A stretch of 19,942 bases of DNA. Source: Chlamydiota bacterium. GTDB taxonomy: Bacteria > Chlamydiota > Chlamydiia > Chlamydiales > SM23-39. The notes beneath the pieces were generated by a model. It was not told where the DNA came from. It did no database searches and saw nothing but the letters and a program-made list of their open reading frames with translations. The translations under genes were made by a program, and so were the position numbers. Positions 7,182 to 15,477 of the stretch are shown here, piece by piece (the first letter of the stretch is position 1; each line of letters starts with the position of its first letter). The DNA lies in the NCBI GenBank assembly GCA_038534095.1, contig JBCAXK010000031.1, positions 1-19,942 on the forward strand. The letters run 5' to 3'.

Positions 7182-8429
7182 TCATATGCGGCATCTAGCC
7201 ACCGCGCCAATCCGGGCATAATAGAGCACATACAGGTAGCAAAGCAGGGGCACAAAAAAAGCTTTTTGAATACCAATATGATCGGCAAAAGCGCCTTGAA
7301 TCAACGGAATAATCGCCCCTCCAGTGATCGCTGTGCATAAAATGCCAGATCCCTTCGCAGTAAAACCTTCAAGACCTCTTATACCCAGAGTGAAAATGGT
7401 GGGGAACATGATCGAATTGAAGAGCCCAATCAACAGTACGCTGTACGCTGCGACCATGCCCGAAGACATAATCCCCAAAATTAAAAGAATCGAAGAGCAG
7501 ATCACGCATGTAGCTAACAACTTGCGAGGAGCGTACTTGAGCAATAGAACAAATCCTGCAAAACGCCCCAACATCGCACCTCCCCAGTAAAACGAGACTA
7601 GATGCCCTGCATAAAAATCATCGACCCCTAAAACCTCTGGGCTCGATAGGAAATTGACCAAAAAACTGCCGATTGAGACTTCTGCTCCCACATAGCAAAA
7701 AATGGCTAAAGCACCATACAAAAGATGGGGATATTGCCAGATGCTATCTTGATGCGCTGCACTTGTTGCAGGTATGGGAGTATCTTTTAGACTCACCGCT
7801 TTTCTTGCCAGGTGCTCTTGAAATTCCTCGTAATCATCCACCTTCACTTCGGGAAATCGGAAAAAAAGAATCACACATGCGAGCAAAAATAGAAGCAGCC
7901 CCATACAACCATAAATGACGTTAATCCCAAACACTTCTAAATCGCTCGATAAAATCAACTGACTACCAATCAAAGGACCAACTGTTGTTCCAAGAGAATT
8001 GAACCCTTGGGCTAAATTCAAACGACTTGAAGAATCCCCAGGGTTTCCTAAAAGAGCAACATACGGATTGGCGGCTACTTGCAGCAAAACGATCCCCAAC
8101 GCCACCACAAAAATTGCTAATAAAAAGAGGGGAAATGAGGGCAGGTCTGCGGCAGGCAAAAACAAAAAGCTCCCCACAGTTGCAATAAAGAGAGCTAACA
8201 CAATCCCTTTCCGGTACCCCAAGTATTCGACAATTGCGCCTGCAGGAATAGAACCTAGGCCGTAAGCTGCAAAGAAACAAAATTGCACAAGCATGACAGC
8301 TACGTAGGTTAACGTAAATAACGATTTGAAATAGGGAACTAAAATATCATTCAATACCGTCACAAAACCCCAGATAAAAAATAGGCTGTTCATCAACGAT
8401 AAAATGATCACGCGGTTTTGTTTCTTCAC
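7182..8429 (-). CDS. gluP: MFS glucose/galactose transporter (GluP/FucP family)
   Basis: LFFIWGFVTVLNDIL, LQVAANPY, SRLNLAQGFNSLGT, YVGAEVSIGSF, GRF and NSIMFPTIF, with about 12 TM. GTG start preceded by AGGAGA. Confidence 0.92.
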   Translation of the reverse strand: MKKQNRVIILSLMNSLFFIWGFVTVLNDILVPYFKSLFTLTYVAVMLVQFCFFAAYGLGSIPAGAIVEYLGYRKGIVLALFIATVGSFLFLPAADLPSFPLFLLAIFVVALGIVLLQVAANPYVALLGNPGDSSSRLNLAQGFNSLGTTVGPLIGSQLILSSDLEVFGINVIYGCMGLLLFLLACVILFFRFPEVKVDDYEEFQEHLARKAVSLKDTPIPATSAAHQDSIWQYPHLLYGALAIFCYVGAEVSIGSFLVNFLSSPEVLGVDDFYAGHLVSFYWGGAMLGRFAGFVLLLKYAPRKLLATCVICSSILLILGIMSSGMVAAYSVLLIGLFNSIMFPTIFTLGIRGLEGFTAKGSGILCTAITGGAIIPLIQGAFADHIGIQKAFFVPLLCYLYVLYYARIGAVARCRI

Positions 8430-8437
8430 ATATTCTC

Positions 8438-9265
8438 CTAAATAACGATAGTAAATCCAAAGCTGAAGGTAAGAGAGCGCAGCTTCAGGGTCAGCGGATT
8501 ATTGAATGAAAACTCCCCTACAGGCGCGCCCCGCTCATCTGCTTGAAACGTTTGTCCAGCTTTCACTCTACCCATATTTAGGTACTGACACTCCACATTC
8601 ATTAAAAGATGCTCTTGTAGAAAAACATACGTACCTACAAGGATTTTATAGGCGATCCCCCCTTCGGTATGTTTTTGTGTCGTATCTTGACGACCCTCAA
8701 AGCCATGATCGTATAAAGAAATCGGGTTTAGTTTCTTGTGCACATACCCGCCGCCGCCGCCGATGAATGGAATGACTTTCGCCTCTTTGCGTCCAAAAAT
8801 TTTGGGTAAAAGAAGTTTCGCTCCCAAAGTCGCTAGTTGCGCTTCGGCATTTCCGTAACCCTGCTGGGTGGTCCCTGCGGAGCCGTTTGTTGGGTAGATG
8901 TAAGCAGAAAAGGGCAGCTTACCATACTGGTAAGAAGCATCTAGGGAGGCATAACCATAAAATAACCATCCTATTCCCCCTTGCAACACAATGTCCAAAG
9001 GCCCTCTTCCATCAAAGTGGATATCTGCTTCAAAAGGCCCTTGACGATCGTACGTGTAGCTAGAGTCGGAGGACTGCAAAGTCCCTCCTCCAAAGTTCCC
9101 AAAGAAAAATAGCCCATTCAACTGATCCAATGCGGAAGGAAGCGTTTCAACAACTTTTTGCCGGCTCCTTGCTGCGAAACGGGCTCTTCTCTCTTCACGT
9201 GTTGTTAAAGAAAAAAGGGAAGAAACGATTAATAAAAAAACAATCAAAAAGGCATGCATGTTCAT
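8438..9265 (-). CDS. Outer-membrane beta-barrel protein (OmpW/opacity-like, probably 8-stranded)
   Basis: Signal peptide (FLIVFLLIVSSLFS), alternating G/aromatic strands (GLFFFGNFGGG, GGIGW, PFIGGGGGY, IAYKILVGTYV) and a terminal strand FSFGFTIVI. Confidence 0.75.
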   Translation of the reverse strand: MNMHAFLIVFLLIVSSLFSLTTREERRARFAARSRQKVVETLPSALDQLNGLFFFGNFGGGTLQSSDSSYTYDRQGPFEADIHFDGRGPLDIVLQGGIGWLFYGYASLDASYQYGKLPFSAYIYPTNGSAGTTQQGYGNAEAQLATLGAKLLLPKIFGRKEAKVIPFIGGGGGYVHKKLNPISLYDHGFEGRQDTTQKHTEGGIAYKILVGTYVFLQEHLLMNVECQYLNMGRVKAGQTFQADERGAPVGEFSFNNPLTLKLRSLTFSFGFTIVI

Positions 9266-9329
9266 GATCTCTTAAATTGCACCTTATAAAAGGAGTTAAT
9301 TTAAGAAAATAAATTTGTGCGGATCGTTT

Positions 9330-10538
9330 CTACAGAGCGCGGAGTTGCTCTGCAATACTCATTTTGCAGACCTTGATTCCAGCAAAGACCGAGCCCACAA
9401 GAGCCGATGCCATGCTGAGTACAAGAGCTTGAACGGCCATTTTTTCCTGAAATAAAAAGGTGATGAGGAACTGCTTTGTTTGTCCTGGTCCAGGAGGCAT
9501 CAAAATCCCTTGATAAAGAATTCCTTTTGCAAAGAGATAGGCGGTCAAGATCCCAAGCAGGCCGCCAAACAGCCCTAAAAACAGCCCTTCATAAGCGATC
9601 AAACGGAGAACACTTGGCACCGATTCACCATTGGCTCTTAGGTTCCCAATTTCCTGCTTGCGCTCTAAAATCGAAGAAGAAATCGTATTGAAAATCCCCA
9701 GAAGAACAATGGATAGGATGATGATTTCCACAACGAAGTATTGCGCACTGAGCCAGTCCATCGAGTGTTGGTACCAAATTTTATTCAGCTCCGCAAACGA
9801 AGCTCCTTCTAGGTGGGGAAACAGTTCCTCAATATTTTCTGATAGCTGTGACCAGTAAGCGTGATCTTTTAAGCCGACAGATACGCTCTCAATCAGATGC
9901 GTGCCAAGCAAACTCTGCGCTGTCCCAATTTGCATCCGAAACATATGATTATCAAACTCTGCGTTCCCCGTTTCGAAAAGCCCGATCACATCTAAGTCTC
10001 TTTGACGCATTTTTCCTGATAAAGATTTTGTGTAAAAGCGGACTCGACTTCCCGGATGTGCCCCAATCGCTTTGGCCAATCCTTTACCGAGTAAAATGCC
10101 ATTTTCTTGATCTACTAAAGGCTCTCCTTCCACAATATCTAGGCTTTCAAAAAAGTCGGCCTCTTCTTCTGCGTGAATACCTTGCCCCACTCCTGTGATC
10201 GATTGTTTTTCATGGGTCAACATCCCACTAATACTCACCCTAGGAAAGACAAAGTCTACCCCTTCTTGGGCATACAAAAATTCGGCAAGATCTGGGTAAT
10301 CCTCAATCCAATGCTTCCAAGGCTCCGTGTAGGCCTCTTGTCGGTATCCTAACGTATGAAACTCTCCGTTACCCGACTGGGAGTGGATTGTACTCTCCTT
10401 AAAGTCTCTTTGGATGCCTTTGATGAATCCATCAAAACAAAAAAGAGCGCCAGAGCCGACAGCAATTGTTAGGACAATGGTCAATGTCCTGCGAAAATTG
10501 CGAAATAAATTACGAAAAGCAAAAAAGATTAACTGCAT
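9330..10538 (-). CDS. ABC transporter permease, FtsX/LolE/MacB-like (type VII)
   Basis: AFRNLFRNFRRT N-terminus, TM1, large periplasmic domain, NTISSSILERKQEIGNLRANG motif and 3 C-terminal TM. Starts 1 nt after the ATPase stop, with SD AAGGA. Confidence 0.9.
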   Translation of the reverse strand: MQLIFFAFRNLFRNFRRTLTIVLTIAVGSGALFCFDGFIKGIQRDFKESTIHSQSGNGEFHTLGYRQEAYTEPWKHWIEDYPDLAEFLYAQEGVDFVFPRVSISGMLTHEKQSITGVGQGIHAEEEADFFESLDIVEGEPLVDQENGILLGKGLAKAIGAHPGSRVRFYTKSLSGKMRQRDLDVIGLFETGNAEFDNHMFRMQIGTAQSLLGTHLIESVSVGLKDHAYWSQLSENIEELFPHLEGASFAELNKIWYQHSMDWLSAQYFVVEIIILSIVLLGIFNTISSSILERKQEIGNLRANGESVPSVLRLIAYEGLFLGLFGGLLGILTAYLFAKGILYQGILMPPGPGQTKQFLITFLFQEKMAVQALVLSMASALVGSVFAGIKVCKMSIAEQLRAL

Positions 10539-10539
10539 C

Positions 10540-11229
10540 TTAGGATTCCTTATTGATCAGCTGACCGTCACACATCTCAATCTTATGATCGGCAAAGGAA
10601 AGCACCATCGGATCATGGGTGGAGATGACAACAGAGAGGTGTTTTTCATCAACCATTCTCCGCAAAATTTGCATGATCTGCTTTCCCGTTTTTTGATCCA
10701 AATTGGCTGTAGGTTCGTCAGCCAGAACAACAGCAGGCTTTTTGGCTATCGCTCTTGCAATGGCTACTCTCTGCCTTTGCCCTCCCGAAAGCTGGAAAGG
10801 GCGCTTGTTTCGATGTTCATATAAGCCTACCCATACGAGAGCCTCTTTGGTTCTTTTTTTCACCTCTTCCCTGCTCAGTCCCATACGGATAAGAAAATAG
10901 GCCACATTTTCTTCCACATTGAGTACAGGAATCAAATGAAAGCGCTGAAAGACGAATCCCAGCTCGTTTTTTCGGATCAGATTCTGTTTTTTTTTCGAAA
11001 AACGTTTTACATCTTCTCCCAAAAAAGAGAGCTCCCCCTCCTGCGCCGGCTCAATCAACCCCAATAGATGCAAAAGTGTCGATTTTCCTGAACCGGAGGG
11101 TCCTGAAACAGTCACTAACGCCTCAGCAGGAACATCTAGAGAAATCCCTTGTAATGCAGGTACTTTTTTTGCGCCTAAACGGTAAAAAAACCAAGTATTT
11201 TTTAGAGAGAATAAAGTTTGTTTTTTCAA
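10540..11229 (-). CDS. ABC transporter ATP-binding protein, LolD/MacB-like
   Basis: Walker [10 protein letters not shown]-loop GFVFQ, signature LSGGQRQR, Walker B LADEPT and H-loop STHD. Start uncertain (TTG 11229 vs ATG 11292). Confidence 0.92.
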   Translation of the reverse strand: MKKQTLFSLKNTWFFYRLGAKKVPALQGISLDVPAEALVTVSGPSGSGKSTLLHLLGLIEPAQEGELSFLGEDVKRFSKKKQNLIRKNELGFVFQRFHLIPVLNVEENVAYFLIRMGLSREEVKKRTKEALVWVGLYEHRNKRPFQLSGGQRQRVAIARAIAKKPAVVLADEPTANLDQKTGKQIMQILRRMVDEKHLSVVISTHDPMVLSFADHKIEMCDGQLINKES

Positions 11230-11414
11230 AAAAAACCTAGGGTTTGAATAATCCTTATTAAAAGCATAACACAAATCAAACAAAAATTTCATAAAAATTT
11301 AAATAAAAATATAAATTACCACGATTTTACCAAAGTTGTCCATGTTCTTTTTTAGCAAATCATAGCATCACAAATAGGACGTAAAAACCGATCTGCCCTA
11401 CATCGAAAAATCCA

Positions 11415-11443
11415 TTGCTTTCTTCCTTAGGAAGATCTATATT
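11415..11443 (+). promoter_or_regulatory. sigma66/sigma70-type promoter with a palindromic operator-like spacer
   Basis: TTGCTT (11415-11420), 17 nt, TATATT (11438-11443). The spacer contains TCTTCCT-T-AGGAAGA (11421-11435). Confidence 0.65.
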
Positions 11444-11469
11444 GTTTAGTAATTTTAAAAGGAGAATTC

Positions 11470-11853
11470 ATGTCTGCTGAAGTTTGTTTCGATTCCATTA
11501 AAACCGATTTAAAAAGTTGTTATTTTTTTCCTGATGTAATTGACGCTCTACCTGAAGAGGTTTTTTACGAAACAGAGCAAACAGCAACGATTGATCCCCT
11601 ATTTATCGATTGCAAAACCGCGCTTACGCTCACCCCTTCTGCGATGATTTTGAAAATTCGACACAAAAAAACGCAGGAAGAAATCGGTGTCTATGTTGAG
11701 CAGAAAGGTTTTCGCTTTAGGATCGCGAACAACGCCAATCTCAAAAACTTTGCCCACCTTACAAGTTTTTTTGATCGGGATTTACAAATGGAATTTCTCA
11801 TCGAAATCTTAAAAAGTAACAACCCAATTTACGAGCTTGCTCTCCAATCTTAA
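11470..11853 (+). CDS. Hypothetical cytoplasmic protein, 127 aa
   Basis: Strong SD AAGGAGA just upstream, a good promoter and a downstream terminator-like hairpin. No family recognised. Confidence 0.8.
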   Translation: MSAEVCFDSIKTDLKSCYFFPDVIDALPEEVFYETEQTATIDPLFIDCKTALTLTPSAMILKIRHKKTQEEIGVYVEQKGFRFRIANNANLKNFAHLTSFFDRDLQMEFLIEILKSNNPIYELALQS

Positions 11854-11877
11854 GTAAGCAGTTTTAAAAGAAAAATA

Positions 11878-11915
11878 GGCCTCTTTTAGCTTTTTGCTAA
11901 TTGAGGTTTTTATTA
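11878..11915 (+). terminator. Probable intrinsic terminator of the 11470-11853 gene
   Basis: GGCCTC-TT-TTAGC / GCTAA-TT-GAGGTT stem followed by TTTATT. Confidence 0.5.
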
Positions 11916-12244
11916 TCTAAGTTGCTATTTAGAGAACGCTAAATGGCAAGGATAGAGCCCAGATCCTCTCCTTTTGCGCTTCTAAGAGCAATGCTTCCCC
12001 TTGGGATAAGGGGTGAAATGCTCTTTTTTCATGATTCTTACATGCTCATGCAAATAGACCTCTCCCTTTCATTAGCTAGATCTCCAAGCTAAAAATTCCA
12101 CGTCTCTTAAATCGATCCTCAAAAGGGAAAAGTCGGTTTTTTGCCTACAAGCCATTTTCCGTAGGAAAAGTTTTTATTTGCAAATATACCTCAGTTCCTA
12201 TACTTCTTAGAGATATACACTCTAATTTCATGAAAGGATACTGT

Positions 12245-12454
12245 ATGAAGAACTTGGATGTACTTTGTTATTTACTCGTCTTAATTGGCGCTTTGAACTG
12301 GGGTCTGATCGGAATTTTTCATTTCAACCTCGTCGATTTTATTTTTGGAAAAACGTTCATTGATAAAATCATCTACGCATTAGTAGGCATATCCGCAGTC
12401 TATCTAATTCTTGGTCATAATAACATCAAAGGACGTTGCTGCTCCAAAAAATAA
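12245..12454 (+). CDS. DUF378 family small membrane protein
   Basis: LVLIGALNWGLIGIFHFNLV..IFG....IIYALVGISAVY signature. SD AAAGGA precedes ATG 12245. Confidence 0.9.
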   Translation: MKNLDVLCYLLVLIGALNWGLIGIFHFNLVDFIFGKTFIDKIIYALVGISAVYLILGHNNIKGRCCSKK

Positions 12455-12465
12455 TCAAAGATTTT

Positions 12466-12490
12466 TGAGCGGCGCATCTTTAGCCGCTCA
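12466..12490. terminator. GC-rich hairpin between convergent DUF378 and tyrP genes; possible terminator or pause site
   Basis: TGAGCGGC (12466-12473) / GCCGCTCA (12483-12490). No clean downstream U-tract. Confidence 0.35.
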
Positions 12491-13664
12491 GCAGCATATA
12501 CCCTTCAAGTAGAATCACCCCAAAAGAAATGAGAAGTAGCCCGGTTAAGAGGGGCTTATTTCTATATTGTACCTGTCCCCTTTTCCCTTTTTGACCTAAA
12601 AGACTCCAGATGAGAAGGACAGGCAGGGCGCCGTTTAAAATCGCTTCCCCGACACCTCCTGCTAACTCTAAAGCCCGAAGAAAAATTGTAGGATCAATAC
12701 TTGCGATAAGAAACGGAGGGAACAAGGTGACAAAAGCAAGGAAACACCGACTCTTTCCCTCTCTTTTTTGCCTAAGAGCATCTCCTAAAAAATCGATCAT
12801 CGAAAAAGCAACACCAAAAAATGAGGTAACGATCGCAAAAAAGCCAAAGCAGGAGGCAAAGTAGGAAATCCAAATGCCCCCCTTTTGTAAGTATTGGAGC
12901 CCCTTAGAAGAATCTCCGCTCGTAAAACTATCTAATAACAGCTCTTTCGGAATCGCTCCGAGAATCAGGGCTTGCCAGAAAACATAGATCAAAAAAACGC
13001 TACAAGAACCAAAAACAATCGACCTACGAAGAATCTTTTTATCATATGAGAAGTAGGCTCCAAGAGAAGGAATGATGTTGTGGTAACCAAACGCGCTAAA
13101 CAAAACAGGAAAAGCCCAAATCGCTAAGGTGAAGTTTTGCTCTTCCAAACGGATACTATCTACATCGTACCACCCTAGACTCAGAAGCGCTAGGTAAGAA
13201 ACTCCCATAAGCGCAAGGGCAAAATAATTGAAATAATTCACCCACCGAATCCCTAAGGTAACAACGCCACCAAAAAGGAGGACAAAAATCGCTCCAGCTA
13301 CCCAAGAGCTGAGCTTGGCTCCCGTGAGCAGGTGGACAATTTGCGCAATAAGCGGCGCTCCAATCGAACAGTACGCGCTCAACAAACAGTAGTAGAGAAA
13401 AACAAAGGTCACCCCGACAAAGATCGCACATTTTTTTCCAAGAACCCCCCTCGCAATGGTCACAAGATTCGCTTCTTTGGGCATGGCAAGCACCACCTCT
13501 AAAAATAGCAATCCCGTAAGACACATGAATAGAGCGACAAAGCCGCTAACAACAACCGCTGGCCAAAAACCGGCGTTTGCCGTGACAAGAGGAATTCCCA
13601 ACATTCCTCCACCAACGGTTGTACCTATAATAAAAAGAGTTCCTGATACGGTGCGAAAATCCAT
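12480..13664 (-). CDS. tyrP: Aromatic amino acid permease (TyrP/Mtr, HAAAP family)
   Basis: IIGTTVGGGMLGIP, FLYYCLLSAY, FPVLFSAFGYHNIIPS, FFAIVTSFFGV and FLRALELAGG, with about 11 TM. Exact substrate not established. Confidence 0.88.
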   Translation of the reverse strand: MDFRTVSGTLFIIGTTVGGGMLGIPLVTANAGFWPAVVVSGFVALFMCLTGLLFLEVVLAMPKEANLVTIARGVLGKKCAIFVGVTFVFLYYCLLSAYCSIGAPLIAQIVHLLTGAKLSSWVAGAIFVLLFGGVVTLGIRWVNYFNYFALALMGVSYLALLSLGWYDVDSIRLEEQNFTLAIWAFPVLFSAFGYHNIIPSLGAYFSYDKKILRRSIVFGSCSVFLIYVFWQALILGAIPKELLLDSFTSGDSSKGLQYLQKGGIWISYFASCFGFFAIVTSFFGVAFSMIDFLGDALRQKREGKSRCFLAFVTLFPPFLIASIDPTIFLRALELAGGVGEAILNGALPVLLIWSLLGQKGKRGQVQYRNKPLLTGLLLISFGVILLEGYMLLSG

Positions 13665-13667
13665 AGC

Positions 13668-15080
13668 TTAATAGGAAAAGGGGAGAAAAAATCGGAGAAA
13701 AAAGAGGACAAAGAACACAAACGTTGGGAAAAGAGCGGCTAAAAGAAGAGGAATGGGAGCAATCCCTTCTTTGAAGTATTTTTGTAAAATCACGTAGCCT
13801 GCTGGGTTCGGAGCGTTCGCAAGAACAGTAAGGCCCCCTCCAGTCACCACCCCTGAAATCACAGAATAACGAAAAAGGGCGCTCGAATCAGGAATCAACG
13901 AAGTGAGATAGGCCACTGCTGCGTTATCATTAAAGGCTGTGAGAAACACCCCAAAAAGCATCACACCTTTTTCACTAAAACCACTAATTAAAGGAATTAC
14001 CCACCAACCTTGCACTCCACCATGAATGATGAGCCCTGCTAGGAAAAAACCGACTAGAATAGGAGATTTGATGCTCGTGTTGTATTGGTAGGGCTTAGTC
14101 GCCCGAGTAAATCCTAGAAAAAAGAGGAGCCCTGCAATAAAAATTACAGGATGGTGTGAGTTGACCACGGTCCAGATGATGAACAGTATATGGACACAGA
14201 TAATCCAGATAGGAATCGGATTGCTTTGCTCCAACCTTTCTTCTTGAATGTGGTGATAAGCGCCCGACAAGGTCTCCATCTTTTTGAATTCTTTTCGAAA
14301 AAAAAGCCAGTAGATGGAAGTAGAGAAAAAGACCCCAAGAATCGCTTTGATCCCAAAATTGTAGAACATGAATAACGAGCTCCAGTCCCAGGTTCTCGCG
14401 ATGATCAGAACAGGCGGAGCTGCAAAATTGGTCAAAACGCCCCCAACCGAAACATTGACAAACAACAGTCCGATTGTTGCGTAAGATAGCCGCTTCGATG
14501 GAGCGTAAGGAAAAAACTGCCTTGAAAGCAACATCGCACAAAGGGTCATTGCGCCCGCTTCTGTAATAAAAGATCCCGTTAAAGGCCCTAGAGATAAGAT
14601 AACAAACCACCACGCTTCAATCGTTCCTCCAAATACCCCTGCAGCTCTGCGCATCAATCCTTCTGCAAAATGGACAATCGGCTTCGTGGAAGCAAGGGCC
14701 ATAATCACAACAACAAAAAGAGGTTCTGTATAGTCTCGGGTGTTGATGTAGGTCATTGCTGTATTCCAATTGTAAAACCCTGCGATACAAAGAAAAAGAG
14801 GAATGACCCAAAGTCCAAAAATGATCTCGACTTCCCCAAAAAAATAGAGCACTTCGCCCCAAAACGAGTAGACCTCTTCTGTCGATGCGGCGAGGGGTTG
14901 CCCCTTTTTGGCAAGAGTATTTTCCTCAAAGTTCTGTGCGATTTTAGAAATTTTCCCCGCCATGAATGTATGTAAAATCGCCAAGATAAAAATGATCAGA
15001 GTGCAAAGATGAAACCAAGAAAATTGGATGCTTTCTAGCTCATAAATGATGGAAGAATTTGTAAGAGAACCTATATGCAT
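13668..15080 (-). CDS. Putative Na+/H+ antiporter (chlamydial-type, DUF1504-like family)
   Basis: AILHTF, GEVEIIFGLW, YTEPLFVVVIM, GSFITEAGAMT, LFVNVSVGGVLTNFAAPP, LTAFNDNAA and GGGLTVLANAPNPAG. Start is ATG 15080 or GTG 15101. Confidence 0.88.
   Translation of the reverse strand: MHIGSLTNSSIIYELESIQFSWFHLCTLIIFILAILHTFMAGKISKIAQNFEENTLAKKGQPLAASTEEVYSFWGEVLYFFGEVEIIFGLWVIPLFLCIAGFYNWNTAMTYINTRDYTEPLFVVVIMALASTKPIVHFAEGLMRRAAGVFGGTIEAWWFVILSLGPLTGSFITEAGAMTLCAMLLSRQFFPYAPSKRLSYATIGLLFVNVSVGGVLTNFAAPPVLIIARTWDWSSLFMFYNFGIKAILGVFFSTSIYWLFFRKEFKKMETLSGAYHHIQEERLEQSNPIPIWIICVHILFIIWTVVNSHHPVIFIAGLLFFLGFTRATKPYQYNTSIKSPILVGFFLAGLIIHGGVQGWWVIPLISGFSEKGVMLFGVFLTAFNDNAAVAYLTSLIPDSSALFRYSVISGVVTGGGLTVLANAPNPAGYVILQKYFKEGIAPIPLLLAALFPTFVFFVLFFLRFFLPFSY
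14480..14500. repeat. Exact 21-nt direct repeat, copy 2
   Basis: Identical to 3720-3740. Confidence 0.9.
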
Positions 15081-15446
15081 ATTGAAAAATCCAGAAATCA
15101 CACTCTATCCTAGCACGAGAGACGTTTTTTTTGCGGAAAAACTCTTGTATCTCCCTGATATTACCAAGCCCTATCTGCAGAAAACCGTGTTCAGGGTAAG
15201 AAAGAGCAGGCGCGTAGCGTTGTTTTTTTAGACTGAGAAGGGGCTTAAGCAAAGCAATTACATGGGCCGCTTTTCTTGATGAAATAACGAGAATGCGAGC
15301 GCAAGATAGTCAAAAATTAAGAGAGCTCTCTCAAATGTTCTGATTGAAAAGCTGACGTTGCAACAGACTTTTGTTCCCACAAAGCGGGCAGAGCTCGTGG
15401 AGCTCATCGCTAAGCGGATTAGGTCGTGCAATCTGACAAATATCTA

Positions 15447-15466
15447 GAAAGCGCAATGATTGCGCT
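15447..15466 (-). terminator. Possible terminator downstream of the Inc-like gene
   Basis: AGCGCAA-N3-TTGCGCT palindrome (15450-15466), 11 nt past the stop. Only a short U-tract on the minus strand. Confidence 0.4.
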
Positions 15467-15477
15467 CATCACTAGCT

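Noticed and set aside
10980..11240. Homopolymer A/T tracts as phase-variation or frameshift sites
   Set aside because: Such runs are common throughout this AT-rich window and the reading frames here are intact.
12207..12225. CIRCE (HrcA) operator
   Set aside because: It shares only TTAG...CTAA. It does not match TTAGCACTC-N9-GAGTGCTAA in sequence or spacing.
15102..15446. Hidden gene, pseudogene or ncRNA in the roughly 350-nt gap upstream of the antiporter
   Set aside because: No convincing ORF, tRNA or strong hairpin series was recognised by eye.
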